Assembly: GCA_044344255.1 (NCBI GenBank)
Contig: JBIJDH010000028.1
Location: 13,423-77,422 of the forward strand
Length of the DNA stretch: 64,000 nucleotides
Source of the DNA: Myxococcota bacterium
GTDB lineage: Bacteria > Myxococcota_A > UBA796 > UBA2385
Reading direction: 5' to 3'
Part shown: positions 39,401 to 48,075 of the stretch, piece after piece
How the letters are laid out: each line of letters begins with the position of its first letter
How positions within the stretch are numbered: position 1 is the first letter of the stretch
Position numbers and translations under genes: made by a program
Notes under the pieces: model-generated
Databases searched by the model: none
Told to the model about the DNA's origin: nothing
Seen by the model: the letters and a program-made list of their open reading frames with translations, nothing else

Positions 39401-41199
39401 TCACCGTTTGGCGAGACGACCGCCCCGCACGGTGTCGTCGCCTGTCGGAGATCATTGTCCAACTCGTGCAACGGGTCAGCGTTCAGCCCGACCAGTGGGG
39501 GCTCATCGACACAATCGGCGCCGCTCTGTTCGGAGCGCCCACCGCCGACCTCTCTGACCTGGATTGGGGGAGACTGCCAGAGGGCATGCCTGCACAGGCA
39601 CTCGGCGGACGTGCGCAACTGCAGCTGCTCGCCGGTCCGATTGAGGCAGCCAAGCGGGGGGAGCTCCTCTCCCTGCTCGGCGACCCATCCGGAACTTACG
39701 ACTACCGGGGCGGGCTCACACAGATCGTACCTTTGCGGCGCGGCTTGCCGGACCGCGAGTCCCTGCTGCTCGGGGCCCTCGAAGCCGAACCACCGCCCTC
39801 CGAGGACGTGCGGGACGCGCTGCTCGGCGCCCTGCAGGAGGTCCGCCTCCAGGAGCAGCGTCCGGCCTTCGACTCCGTGGCCGCCTGGGCGGCGGCGGGA
39901 CTGCCCGAGCCCTTCCTGCCCCTCCCGAAGGCCGGGGGTGCCGTCGTCCTGCACGCGATCCGCCGCCTCAAGAACATCCGGGCTTTCGCCGACACCCCCG
40001 CGGTCAGCCGCCCCTTTCCCATCCCACGGGCCGACGAGGGGCAGTGGATCCTGCTCATCGGCGAGAACGGGGTCGGAAAGACCACCCTGCTCCGGGCCCT
40101 GGCCCTCGCCCTCGCCGAGCCGGCGGTTGGCACCAAGCTGATAGATGAGCGAACCCCCCTGCTGCGCAACGGCGGGGAGGGAGAGGTCGAGGTGCTGGTC
40201 GGCGAGGGGCCCTTCGGGGTGAGGGTGCGGCGGACGGGGCGGGCGGAGGAGGTCGTCTCCGAGGCCGAGCCGGAGGCGGGCCCCGAGCGGCCCTGGGTGG
40301 TCGCTTACGGGGTGCGCCGCGGCGACGCCCGCGGTGAGTTCGATCAGGGGGCCCCCGAGGCCGGCCCCGTCGGCGAGCTGCACACCCTGTTCGATCGCCG
40401 CGCCTCTCTCCACCGCGCCTCCGCCTGGCTCTTTACGGCCGAGGCCAACGCCGGCCGCGAAGCCCGGAGAGGTCCGGGGAGCTCCGGCAAGCACGCCGCG
40501 GTGTGGGCCGCGGCGAAGAAGGCGCTGGTGAAGCTCCTGGAGCTCTCCGACCTCTTCGTGGACGAGGACGGGGTCGTCCGGGTGGACCACCCCACCTTCG
40601 GCACCCTGCGCCTGGACGCGCTCAGCGACGGATACCTGACCACCGCTGGCTGGGTGATCGACATGCTGGCCCGCTGGGTGATCCGCCAGGACGAGCTCGA
40701 CGCCCCCTTCGGCGCAGACCTCCTCTCCGAGATGCGCGGGCTCGTGCTCATCGACGAGATCGACCTCCACCTGCACCCGCTGTGGCAGCTCCGCGCGGTG
40801 GAGGACCTCCGCGCCCTCTTCCCCCGGCTCAGCTTCATCGCCACCACCCACAACCCCCTCTGCCTGCAGGGCGCGCGGGCGGGGGAGATCTACCGGATGC
40901 GCCGCGTGGGGACCGAGCTCCGCCTGGAGCAGGAGGACATCACCCCCGGCGACGACGTAGACCGCATTCTGCTCGATCAGTTCGGCGTCCCCCACACCGA
41001 AGACCCCGGCACCCGCCTGCTCCTGGCTCGACACCGGCAGCTCCTCCGCGAAGGCAAGGCCGATGACGCCGAGCGGCGGAGCATTGAGCGGGAGCTGGCC
41101 GAACGCCTCGGTGGGCCGCCACCCGCGCTGGGCGGCGGGGGCCGGCGGCTCGGCGTCGAAGAGCGCCCCCTGCTCACACCGTTCTTGAAGCGGCGCTGA
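36439..41199 (+). CDS. NACHT (STAND) NTPase fused to a C-terminal PtuA/AAA_21-type ABC ATPase
   Basis: NACHT: GGPGAGKST (36697), WILDGLDE, STRPQGY, SPLHVTM, F..RPLQEHFAA. ABC ATPase: LKNIRAF, GENGVGKTT (40060), LSDGY, LIDEIDLHLHPLWQ, TTHNP. Confidence 0.88.
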   Translation: MSDGTGLRLHLPALLQAWLEADLLADRRARLADGGADADDGVDLARVFVDLPASWRAPGGEWVPHGKVLQHLLGCPAEAPPRALIIGGPGAGKSTVTAMLAQALRAAWLDTVEVGEPQTGEAPRGAGAPLPEVETVVAELAAIGARLQWPKSERPVTFPLRIDLPELRRWMAERSGPSVWAFLAGRAERDLRLRGRPQPVATEALQAAVLALGPTLWILDGLDEVPPSAGRAELLTALRAERRAGDGWIVSTRPQGYQDELDELRPIELLPLDAGIANAYAEGLVGAWIRDPVLREGKLDELRRQLDRADVRELLTSPLHVTMATLLVLAEGELPLSRAALFQQYFELSWKRELRKQSGHGLQVTDKALIVDLHRRAALSLQVRAQASAGARPGLRRRELRALLLSLYEGLGEPPERAREQADRMARFAVERLVWIVQDVQGEHSFTIRPLQEHFAAEALIEGEVEEVRRRFEAIATDPHWEGVLRLAASALASRTGARDLRLAQRGLVELCRDLNAGRVGGEGACRLYLGSRLAMTILGETAGYGKPWLHDGLWDVALEAAKAPRMAEVTRVQQREDSSSGKRTNADRFAFRAELHHRLGNLVCRWPSPDREALQGRLLRIVEELLGDGEARWNAWRILEVLAGGEDPAFLDLADRHFPTHAAEVRRLARQWSGSLWNGGAVLRRRMLELRPELHTPSDTVASDRDSLSSPIAKQLAVLRRSLQRNLGVWVVWAGEPKVIAGVLTESGNPNPALLALDGLDNWLHPRRGLWRALTDFHTSTTPDTLAELLAIAAANFADFEALREAEWAHPWQLRCILAAVERPEELAPIEALVSSGTLGSAADWLAAERRWTEMASLSTEDLRPWIETDAPWNHDIGERGIPWPELRQWGSATDHPELRRAFQLALIQPSSRLWKAAHLAQRLLALDSNQPLVAFPIAASAEACQEPRRMHSLRAIASLLPDLGGPHADQWYELLDHRGKRSSEPVTVWRDDRPARCRRLSEIIVQLVQRVSVQPDQWGLIDTIGAALFGAPTADLSDLDWGRLPEGMPAQALGGRAQLQLLAGPIEAAKRGELLSLLGDPSGTYDYRGGLTQIVPLRRGLPDRESLLLGALEAEPPPSEDVRDALLGALQEVRLQEQRPAFDSVAAWAAAGLPEPFLPLPKAGGAVVLHAIRRLKNIRAFADTPAVSRPFPIPRADEGQWILLIGENGVGKTTLLRALALALAEPAVGTKLIDERTPLLRNGGEGEVEVLVGEGPFGVRVRRTGRAEEVVSEAEPEAGPERPWVVAYGVRRGDARGEFDQGAPEAGPVGELHTLFDRRASLHRASAWLFTAEANAGREARRGPGSSGKHAAVWAAAKKALVKLLELSDLFVDEDGVVRVDHPTFGTLRLDALSDGYLTTAGWVIDMLARWVIRQDELDAPFGADLLSEMRGLVLIDEIDLHLHPLWQLRAVEDLRALFPRLSFIATTHNPLCLQGARAGEIYRMRRVGTELRLEQEDITPGDDVDRILLDQFGVPHTEDPGTRLLLARHRQLLREGKADDAERRSIERELAERLGGPPPALGGGGRRLGVEERPLLTPFLKRR

Positions 41200-41206
41200 G
41201 CCTTCC

Positions 41207-42034
41207 ATGCTCGCCTGGCCCCTCCCCGCTCCGCCCGACGGCTTCGAAGCCCACGCCGCCCGCCTCACGGGCGAGGTGCGGGGCCTCGTCGGCACCGGGA
41301 AGCCGAAGGGGGAGCACTTCGTCGGCCGGGAGATCTGGACCCGCTCCTGGCGAAGGCTCCACCACAAAGACGCGATGCTCCCTCCGGTCCCAGGCCTCGT
41401 GGCCTGCTACTGGTGCGAGCAGCTCCGCTCCGGGAACCGCGAGCTCGACGTGGAGCACTACCGCCCCAAGGTCGAGGTCACCCGTTGGGAGGGCCGGCCC
41501 TCCTTCGTCGCCGACGAGCCCCCGCCCGAGCGAAACGCAGTCTCCGGCTACTGGTGGCTGGCCTTTCGCTGGGACAACTACGCCCTGTCCTGCAAGACCT
41601 GCAATTCCCACTGGAAGCGCAACCTCTTCCCCCTCGACGGAGGAGCTTCGCCCTGTCTGGAGGGCGAGGAAGAGAGTGAGCCCGCCTTGCTCCTCCGCCC
41701 CGGCGCCGCCTTCCGCACCGCCGACCACTTCGAGTGGACCGTCGACGGCCACATGCTCCCCCTCACCGAGGCCGCCTACGCCACCCTCGTCACCTGCGGC
41801 CTCAACCGCATCGAGCTGGTCGCCGCCCGCAAGAAGGTCCTCGGAGACACACGCTTCCACCTCGAGGAGTTCCTCCGGACGCTCCGAACGGGTGACTCTC
41901 CGCGCCAGCAATATCATTGGAAGTGGCTCTGCAGGAGCGGGGCACGGGGCTCGGAATTCGCGGGGATGGTCCGGTGGCAAGTGGAGCGCGCCCTCGGGGT
42001 GGAGTGGGGAGAGCTCGACGGCGCGCCGGACTGA
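41207..42034 (+). CDS. HNH endonuclease, PtuB/Septu-like
   Basis: CYWCE...VEHYRPK...YWWLAF.WDNY.LSC..CN..K.N.FP, LL.P, T...CGLNR..L...R. Confidence 0.85.
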   Translation: MLAWPLPAPPDGFEAHAARLTGEVRGLVGTGKPKGEHFVGREIWTRSWRRLHHKDAMLPPVPGLVACYWCEQLRSGNRELDVEHYRPKVEVTRWEGRPSFVADEPPPERNAVSGYWWLAFRWDNYALSCKTCNSHWKRNLFPLDGGASPCLEGEEESEPALLLRPGAAFRTADHFEWTVDGHMLPLTEAAYATLVTCGLNRIELVAARKKVLGDTRFHLEEFLRTLRTGDSPRQQYHWKWLCRSGARGSEFAGMVRWQVERALGVEWGELDGAPD

Positions 42035-42086
42035 ACCCAACCATCGGGGCGGGCCCTCCACGGTTACGGATGGCCGGGGGTGGCCT

Positions 42087-42872
42087 GTGCACTGGATCCT
42101 CGAGGGTGGCGTCTTCGCCAGCGGCTTTGACCTCGGTCCGGCCGCTCGCGCGGCGGGGCACGCGGTGACGCGCTGGGACGACGACTGGTGGGAGACCGGC
42201 CGTTGGCCTCGCCCGGAGAGGCGCGGTGTGGTCTTTCACGGCAGCCTCGGCAACGCCGCCCAGATCGGCGAGCGACTGCCGTGGCGCCCGGGCGGCCTCT
42301 GTGACACCGCCGCCTTCTGCTGTTCGGCCTGGTATCCCCGGGCCGCGCCCTGGCTGTTTCAGCGAGGTTGGCGGCGCTGCAGCGCAGCCGAGCTCGTCGC
42401 CCACCCGCCCGACTGGCCCGCCTTCTTCGTTCGACCAGACAGCCCGCTGAAGGCGTTTTCGGGGCGCGTCCTCCCACGGGCGGCCCTGTCCTTGGAGGCC
42501 ATGGACTTCGGCTACTACTTCGATGATCCCTCGCTCCCCGTGATCGTCGCCCCGGCGCGGCCCGTCGAGCGGGAGTGGCGCTACGTGGTGGTCGAGGGGC
42601 GGGTCGTCGCCGGCAGCGCCTATGCCGCCGACGGGCGGCGGCCGCTCCCCGACGCGCCCGACGGCGCCCCCTGGGCCTTCGCGCAGCAGATCGCCGCGCA
42701 GCTCGAGCCTCCCACGCCGCTCTATGTCCTCGACCTCTGCGCCTCGGAGGGGCAGCTCTTCCTCCTCGAGCTCAACCCCTTCGGCGGCGCCGATCTCTAC
42801 GCCTGCGACCCGCACGCAGTCGTAGCGGCGGTCGCCGATTGGGTGGTGTCGGCGGCGCCGCCCCCCCGCTGA
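42087..42872 (+). CDS. ATP-grasp domain protein (DUF4343/R2K-like)
   Basis: FVRPDSPLKAFSG, EWRYVVVEGRVV, YVLDL......LLELNP; GTG start at 42087. Confidence 0.75.
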   Translation: MHWILEGGVFASGFDLGPAARAAGHAVTRWDDDWWETGRWPRPERRGVVFHGSLGNAAQIGERLPWRPGGLCDTAAFCCSAWYPRAAPWLFQRGWRRCSAAELVAHPPDWPAFFVRPDSPLKAFSGRVLPRAALSLEAMDFGYYFDDPSLPVIVAPARPVEREWRYVVVEGRVVAGSAYAADGRRPLPDAPDGAPWAFAQQIAAQLEPPTPLYVLDLCASEGQLFLLELNPFGGADLYACDPHAVVAAVADWVVSAAPPPR

Positions 42873-42907
42873 GCGCCCCACCCGAAAGAGAGGTAGGCTG
42901 CGCGGTC

Positions 42908-44881
42908 ATGGCCGCCCCCCTCGCCAACGCCCCTACCCTCCTCCGCAGTCCGGGGGCGCCGAGCCCAATGCCGGCCTCGACGAGGCCCGGGCCCTCGCTG
43001 GCCGGGCGCTCCGCCGCCGATGAGAGCCTGAGGGAGCTCCTCCTCGACGATTCGCGGCTCGGCGGCGAGGCCGCAGCGGGGGAGGCGGACGGCCCCGAGG
43101 TGCCCGCGACGCCCCCGCTGCCCGCCGAGCTCGAGCACCTGGGAGAGCTCGGCCAGGGTGGGATGGGGGTGGTGCACCTCGCCCGCCAGCGCTCGCTCTC
43201 CCGCGAGGTGGCCGTCAAGTCGGTGAACCCCGCGGCGCCACGGAAGACGGCCCGCCGCGGGCTCCTGATGGAGGCCCTGGCGACCGCGGCCCTCGAGCAC
43301 CCGAACATCGTGCCCGTCTATACCCTGTCGACTGACGCGGCCGGCGAGCCGCACGTGGTGATGCGCCGCATCCAGGGCCGCACCTGGACAGAGCTCATCC
43401 TCGATCCAGAGGCGGTCGAGCAGGGCTTCGGCGCCCGCGACACGCTCGGCTGGCACTTGCGGGTGCTGATGGTGGTCTGCTCCGCCATCCACTACGCCCA
43501 CAGCCGCGGCATCCTCCACCGCGACCTCAAGCCCGACAACGTGATGGTAGGGTCTTTCGGCGAGGTCTATGTGCTCGACTGGGGCCTCGCCGCCCGCCTC
43601 GGCGACGGCGGGCTCTCCGCGCTGCCCCTCTTACGAGACGATCGCCGGATCGTCGGCACGCCCCGCTTCATGGCCCCCGAGCAGGCCATCGGCGACGGCC
43701 GCCTCCAGGGAGCGCACACCGACGTCTACCTGCTCGGCGCCTTGCTCTACGGGGTGCTGACCGGGCAGGGGCCGCACCCGGGTGAGGGCATCGAGGAGAC
43801 CCTCGCCGCCATCCCCGGCTTCGAGCCCGTGATGCCCGAGGGCACGCCGCCCCGCCTCGTCGGCGTCGTCTCGCGGGCGATGGCGAAGGAGCCGGCCGAC
43901 CGCTTCCCGAGCGCAGAGGCCCTCCGGCTGGCGCTCCAGAGCTTCCTCGAAGAGCGCAGCGCCGACTCGCTGGCCGCCGACGCCGCCCAGCAGCTCGAGC
44001 AGCTCGAGCGGCGGCTCGGGGAGCCCGAGCCCGACCGACAGGCCGTGTATCGCCACTTCGGCGCCTGTCGTTTCGGCTTCCAGCAAGCGCTGCACGCCTT
44101 CGAGGGGCACGACGCGGCCGGGCGGGCCCTCCAGCAGGCGCTCACGCGGATGGCCGAGTACGAGCAGTCGCAGGGCAACGGTCGGGCCGCCGCCGTGCAC
44201 ATCGCCGAGCTCGTGGCGCCCCCCGCCGGGCTCCTCGCCGCGCAAGCGCGGGTGCTCGCCGCCGAGGCCGAGGCCGAGCGGCTCCGCGCCGACCGCGACC
44301 CCACCCTCGGCCAGCGCACCCGCATCTTCGTGTTCGGCCTCGTCACCGCGCTCTGGACCCTGCTCCCGCTCCTCACCTGGCTCCTCGATGTCTCCCTGTC
44401 CTGGGAGCGCACCTTCGGGTCCCACGGGCTGATGTTCCTGTTCTCCCTCGGGCTCGTGATCTGGGCCCGGGAGTCGCTCGGCCGGAGCGTCATCAACCGG
44501 CGGGTGGTGTCCATCATCCTCGCGGCCCAGGGGAGCATGCTGCTCGGCTTCGTCGCCTCCTGGCTGGCGGGCGCCGCGCCAGGGGAGGTGCTGCGGACGA
44601 ACACCCTCATCTTCGCGATGATGTCACTGACGGCGATAGAGTCCCTCTCCTGGTACGCCCTCTTCCCCGCGACCGCCTATTTTGGCTCCCTGTTCGCGAG
44701 CTCTGTCCAGCCCGCGCTCCTGCTCCCCAGCCTCTCGCTCGCCAACGCGGTCGTCTTCGCCACGATCTTCGCCAAGTGGTTCCCCGACGCGCGCGGGCGG
44801 CTGCTCTTCCGGACAGAGGGTGAGCTGGCCCTCCTCCGGGCGAAGCGCGAGCGAGAGATGGCGGAAAAGAAGAATAAGTGA
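42908..44881 (+). CDS. Ser/Thr protein kinase with C-terminal multi-TM domain
   Basis: LGQGGMG, VAVK, LEHPNIVPVY, HRDLKPDN, DWGLA, GTPRFMAPE; several C-terminal TM helices. Confidence 0.92.
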   Translation: MAAPLANAPTLLRSPGAPSPMPASTRPGPSLAGRSAADESLRELLLDDSRLGGEAAAGEADGPEVPATPPLPAELEHLGELGQGGMGVVHLARQRSLSREVAVKSVNPAAPRKTARRGLLMEALATAALEHPNIVPVYTLSTDAAGEPHVVMRRIQGRTWTELILDPEAVEQGFGARDTLGWHLRVLMVVCSAIHYAHSRGILHRDLKPDNVMVGSFGEVYVLDWGLAARLGDGGLSALPLLRDDRRIVGTPRFMAPEQAIGDGRLQGAHTDVYLLGALLYGVLTGQGPHPGEGIEETLAAIPGFEPVMPEGTPPRLVGVVSRAMAKEPADRFPSAEALRLALQSFLEERSADSLAADAAQQLEQLERRLGEPEPDRQAVYRHFGACRFGFQQALHAFEGHDAAGRALQQALTRMAEYEQSQGNGRAAAVHIAELVAPPAGLLAAQARVLAAEAEAERLRADRDPTLGQRTRIFVFGLVTALWTLLPLLTWLLDVSLSWERTFGSHGLMFLFSLGLVIWARESLGRSVINRRVVSIILAAQGSMLLGFVASWLAGAAPGEVLRTNTLIFAMMSLTAIESLSWYALFPATAYFGSLFASSVQPALLLPSLSLANAVVFATIFAKWFPDARGRLLFRTEGELALLRAKREREMAEKKNK

Positions 44882-46743
44882 CCAGACACGCTGCCCCCCA
44901 GGCTCTCCGGGCCACCGCCCTCCTGGGCCTCGCCCTCACCTCCGTCACCGTCGGGCCGGTCGGCTGCGGGGGCGGCGGGGCCGTCGATCCCTGCCCGCAG
45001 GCGCCGCTCCGCCTCCCCGGCGCGTCCAGCTCGGGCCCCCTCCAAGCCTCGGCCGAGCCCCCGACCGACACGAGCGGCGCCCCCGCCGTGATCGTGATCG
45101 ACCACTCCGGCAGCATGTACGGAGGTTATCGCCCCGGCCTCCCCCGAGGCGGGCGCCCCTACTTCATCGAGGAGCCGGAATTCCAGGCCCTGCTCGCCGC
45201 GGCGCCAGCCAGCGCCGATGGCCGAGCGTCGATCGTGCTCTTCAACGAGCTCGCTTACGCCTGGGATGGCGCCCGCGCGACGCCCCTCTCTGACGGACAG
45301 GCCGCCCTGGCCCCCGCCCTGAAGGGCCCGCTGAAGGGCGCCCTGTCCGCGATCCCGGCGCCGCCCTACGCCGGCGACACGGCCGGCCTCCGCGCCCCCC
45401 GCGCCGGGGCCACCGACTGCGCCAGCACCGGCGCCGGGCCCAATTGCTCGCGGATGGAGGTGGGCCTCGACGGCGCCGCCGCCGCCCTCCACGCGCAGGG
45501 CGGCGCGGGCCTCATCTGGCTCGTCACCGACAACCTCTACGAGGGGCGGAGCCGCGGGGCCGACGGCCTGTCGGCGGCCGAGCTCGAGTCGAACGCGAGC
45601 TTCTATCGCCGCCTACGCGACGACGACCGGGTGCGGGCGGTGCTCGCCTGGCCGATCCACGGGAGCCCCGAGAGCTGGCTCCACGGCTCCACCCTCTTCG
45701 TCTACGGCATCGCCTGGGACGAGGCCGGCGCCGCGCCCTGGGCCGAGCTGGCGGCGCCCCTCCTCTCCCCCGTCACCACCTCCGCCCTGTCGGCCTATGC
45801 CACCCAGGGCAGCCCCTCTCCCGGCCAGCCCTTTCGCCTGAAGCCCGTCGACCAGGACGTGGTGCAGATCCGCCTCACCGCCCTCGAGGGCGCGCCCGGG
45901 AAGGAATTCGGCGAGGTGGTGCCGCTCAAGGCCACTCTCACGGTCGAGAACACCCTCCCCCACCGCCGCATCGACCGCCTCTCCTTCACGGTGAAGAGCG
46001 GCAAGTGGGTGGGCTTCGACGCCGCCGACGGCGAGCGGATGGCCACCGTGACCCCGCTCTGCCCAGCGACGGGCTTCGGGACGGGCGAGATCACCCTCGG
46101 CCCGATCGGCCCTGGACAGACCGCCTCGGCCGAGGTGAGCTTCGGCATGCCCGGGGTCACCACCGAGTGGCGCGGGGCGGGCGACCTGCTCGAGCTCGCC
46201 GCCAACGAGAAGGTGGTGATGGCCGGCGGCCTCGACGCCGCCCTCACCGAGGTCCAGACCAGCCTCGCCATCGACGGCCCCGAGCTCCAAGGCGTTTACG
46301 GCGTGGAGTCCCTGCCCGGCATCTTCGCCGATCCCGAGAACATCCCCTACACCGCCGCCTTCTCCGGCCAGACGCGGCCGATCGAGAACCCCGGCCTCCT
46401 CACCGCTCTGCTCGTGCTCGGCGCCGGGGGCCTCGCCGCGGGTGGAGTCGCCGCCTCCCTCTTCCTGCTCCGCCGGGCGGGCCGGGAGCTGCTGGTGGAC
46501 GGGATCAGCCAGGGGCCGGTCACCGTCGGCCGCTTCCCAGGCACGCCCGTCCTGGCGCGGGGCCGCCCCATCGCCACCGCCCGGCTCAGCCTGGGCGGAG
46601 ACCTCGTGCTGATCGGCGCAAACGGGGTCCTCGTCCGCACGCAGGGCCGCGGCTGGCTCTGCACGAGCAAGGACGGCGGGCAGGTCACGGTCGAGCTCCG
46701 GCCCCTGCGCGCGGCCGGGCCAGCCAGCGGCCGCGGCTACTGA
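44878..46743 (+). CDS. exported vWA-domain protein with a C-terminal TM helix and cytoplasmic tail
   Basis: MIDAS-like VIDHSGSM and LVTDN; signal with VGC; TM near C-terminus; GTGA overlap with the kinase. Confidence 0.7.
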   Translation: MTRHAAPQALRATALLGLALTSVTVGPVGCGGGGAVDPCPQAPLRLPGASSSGPLQASAEPPTDTSGAPAVIVIDHSGSMYGGYRPGLPRGGRPYFIEEPEFQALLAAAPASADGRASIVLFNELAYAWDGARATPLSDGQAALAPALKGPLKGALSAIPAPPYAGDTAGLRAPRAGATDCASTGAGPNCSRMEVGLDGAAAALHAQGGAGLIWLVTDNLYEGRSRGADGLSAAELESNASFYRRLRDDDRVRAVLAWPIHGSPESWLHGSTLFVYGIAWDEAGAAPWAELAAPLLSPVTTSALSAYATQGSPSPGQPFRLKPVDQDVVQIRLTALEGAPGKEFGEVVPLKATLTVENTLPHRRIDRLSFTVKSGKWVGFDAADGERMATVTPLCPATGFGTGEITLGPIGPGQTASAEVSFGMPGVTTEWRGAGDLLELAANEKVVMAGGLDAALTEVQTSLAIDGPELQGVYGVESLPGIFADPENIPYTAAFSGQTRPIENPGLLTALLVLGAGGLAAGGVAASLFLLRRAGRELLVDGISQGPVTVGRFPGTPVLARGRPIATARLSLGGDLVLIGANGVLVRTQGRGWLCTSKDGGQVTVELRPLRAAGPASGRGY

Positions 46744-46764
46744 GGGCCACCTCAGGGCAGAGTC

Positions 46765-47964
46765 TCAGGGCAGGGTGACGGCGGCCTGGAAGCCGAAGTG
46801 GTCGGACAGGGGCACCGAGACATCGCCTTCGAGGCCGGTGATGGTGACCTCACCGTCAAAGATCCGCGCCGGGGCATCCGAGGTCATCCCCTGCACGAGG
46901 ATGTGGTCGATGGCCCGCGAGTCGGGCGACTTGGTGAGGGAGTTCTCTGCGCACCAGGTGCAGAAGGGCGCCGAGGCGGCGACGTTGGCGTCAAACCAAC
47001 CGGCGGCGGCGATGGCGTCCCACGTCTCGGGGACCTCGGCGGTGAGCCCGCCGGCGAGGGCCGGGCTCGTGTTGAGGTCGCCGAGGAGCGCCCGCGGGCC
47101 GCCGGCCGCGCGGTCATCGAGGAAGGCGAGGGCCGCCTGGGCCTGCGCGAGGTTCTCCGCCTCGTAGCTCGCGTAGTCCTCCCCCGTGTAGGCGGGCGCC
47201 CCGAGCACGGCGGCGAGGTGCGTACAGCCGACGTGCACACCGTTCACCTCCGCGTAGAGCACACCGCGCTGGACCAGCCAGGAGGGCATGCTGAGGTACT
47301 CGGTGGTGGTGGGCTCGTCCTTGAGCAGCAGCAGGAGCCCGTTCTGGCCGCCCCAGGTGAAGGTGCCGCTGCCCGTGAGGCAGACCTCGATGATCGCCTC
47401 GACGTCGTCGAGGCCGATGTTGGCGGCGGCGCACTCGGTGCAGACATCGGAGAGGGCGTCAAACTCGGCCGAGCAGTAGCTCAGCACACAGCCGGTGAGG
47501 TCATCGGTCTCGGCGCAGAACTCGAGGGCGCAGGCCTCGAGCGGCGCGACCTCCTCCTCGGTGCAGGCCGGGTCACCCGTGGCGCCGTCTTCGGTGGTGA
47601 ACTCATTGACCGCGTAGGGGAAGCTCGTGGCCGTGGCGGCCTTGATGGCGTCAATGTCGGCCTGGGTCCAGACCTCTTGAAGGCAGATGGCGTCAGCCTC
47701 GAAGGAGGACAGGGCGCTCGCCACCTCGGGGGCCCGCTCGGGCGTGTAGGGCACGAAGCCCGCCGCGAGGCCGACGTTGTAGGTGGCGAAGGTGAAGGTC
47801 TCACCGCCGCCCCCGCCGTCGCCGCCCCCGTCATCGCCGTCCCCGCCCTCCCCGTTCTTTCCTCCGCAGCCACCGAGGAGGAGCCCGCCCAGGAGCGGGA
47901 GCGTACAGACGAGAGAGAGCGGCAGCGTACCGACAAGAGAGAGGGAGCGGGGGCGGACAGTCAT
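46765..47964 (-). CDS. endonuclease/exonuclease/phosphatase (EEP) family lipoprotein
   Basis: TYNV, LQEV, THL, GDLN, IDHI, SDH motifs. Confidence 0.88.
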   Translation of the reverse strand: MTVRPRSLSLVGTLPLSLVCTLPLLGGLLLGGCGGKNGEGGDGDDGGGDGGGGGETFTFATYNVGLAAGFVPYTPERAPEVASALSSFEADAICLQEVWTQADIDAIKAATATSFPYAVNEFTTEDGATGDPACTEEEVAPLEACALEFCAETDDLTGCVLSYCSAEFDALSDVCTECAAANIGLDDVEAIIEVCLTGSGTFTWGGQNGLLLLLKDEPTTTEYLSMPSWLVQRGVLYAEVNGVHVGCTHLAAVLGAPAYTGEDYASYEAENLAQAQAALAFLDDRAAGGPRALLGDLNTSPALAGGLTAEVPETWDAIAAAGWFDANVAASAPFCTWCAENSLTKSPDSRAIDHILVQGMTSDAPARIFDGEVTITGLEGDVSVPLSDHFGFQAAVTLP

Positions 47965-48075
47965 GGGCGTTCTCGCGTTTCGGCCGGACGATGGGGCCGA
48001 TGAGGCGTGGATAACGCGGCGCTCCCCTCACCCCCAGGGGGCGAGCTGCGGGCCGGACCGGGCTACGATGCGCCG

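Noticed and set aside
35463..42034. Complete retron (type I-A, PtuAB) system
   Set aside because: No reverse transcriptase ORF (no YADD-type RT domain) was seen in or near the cassette
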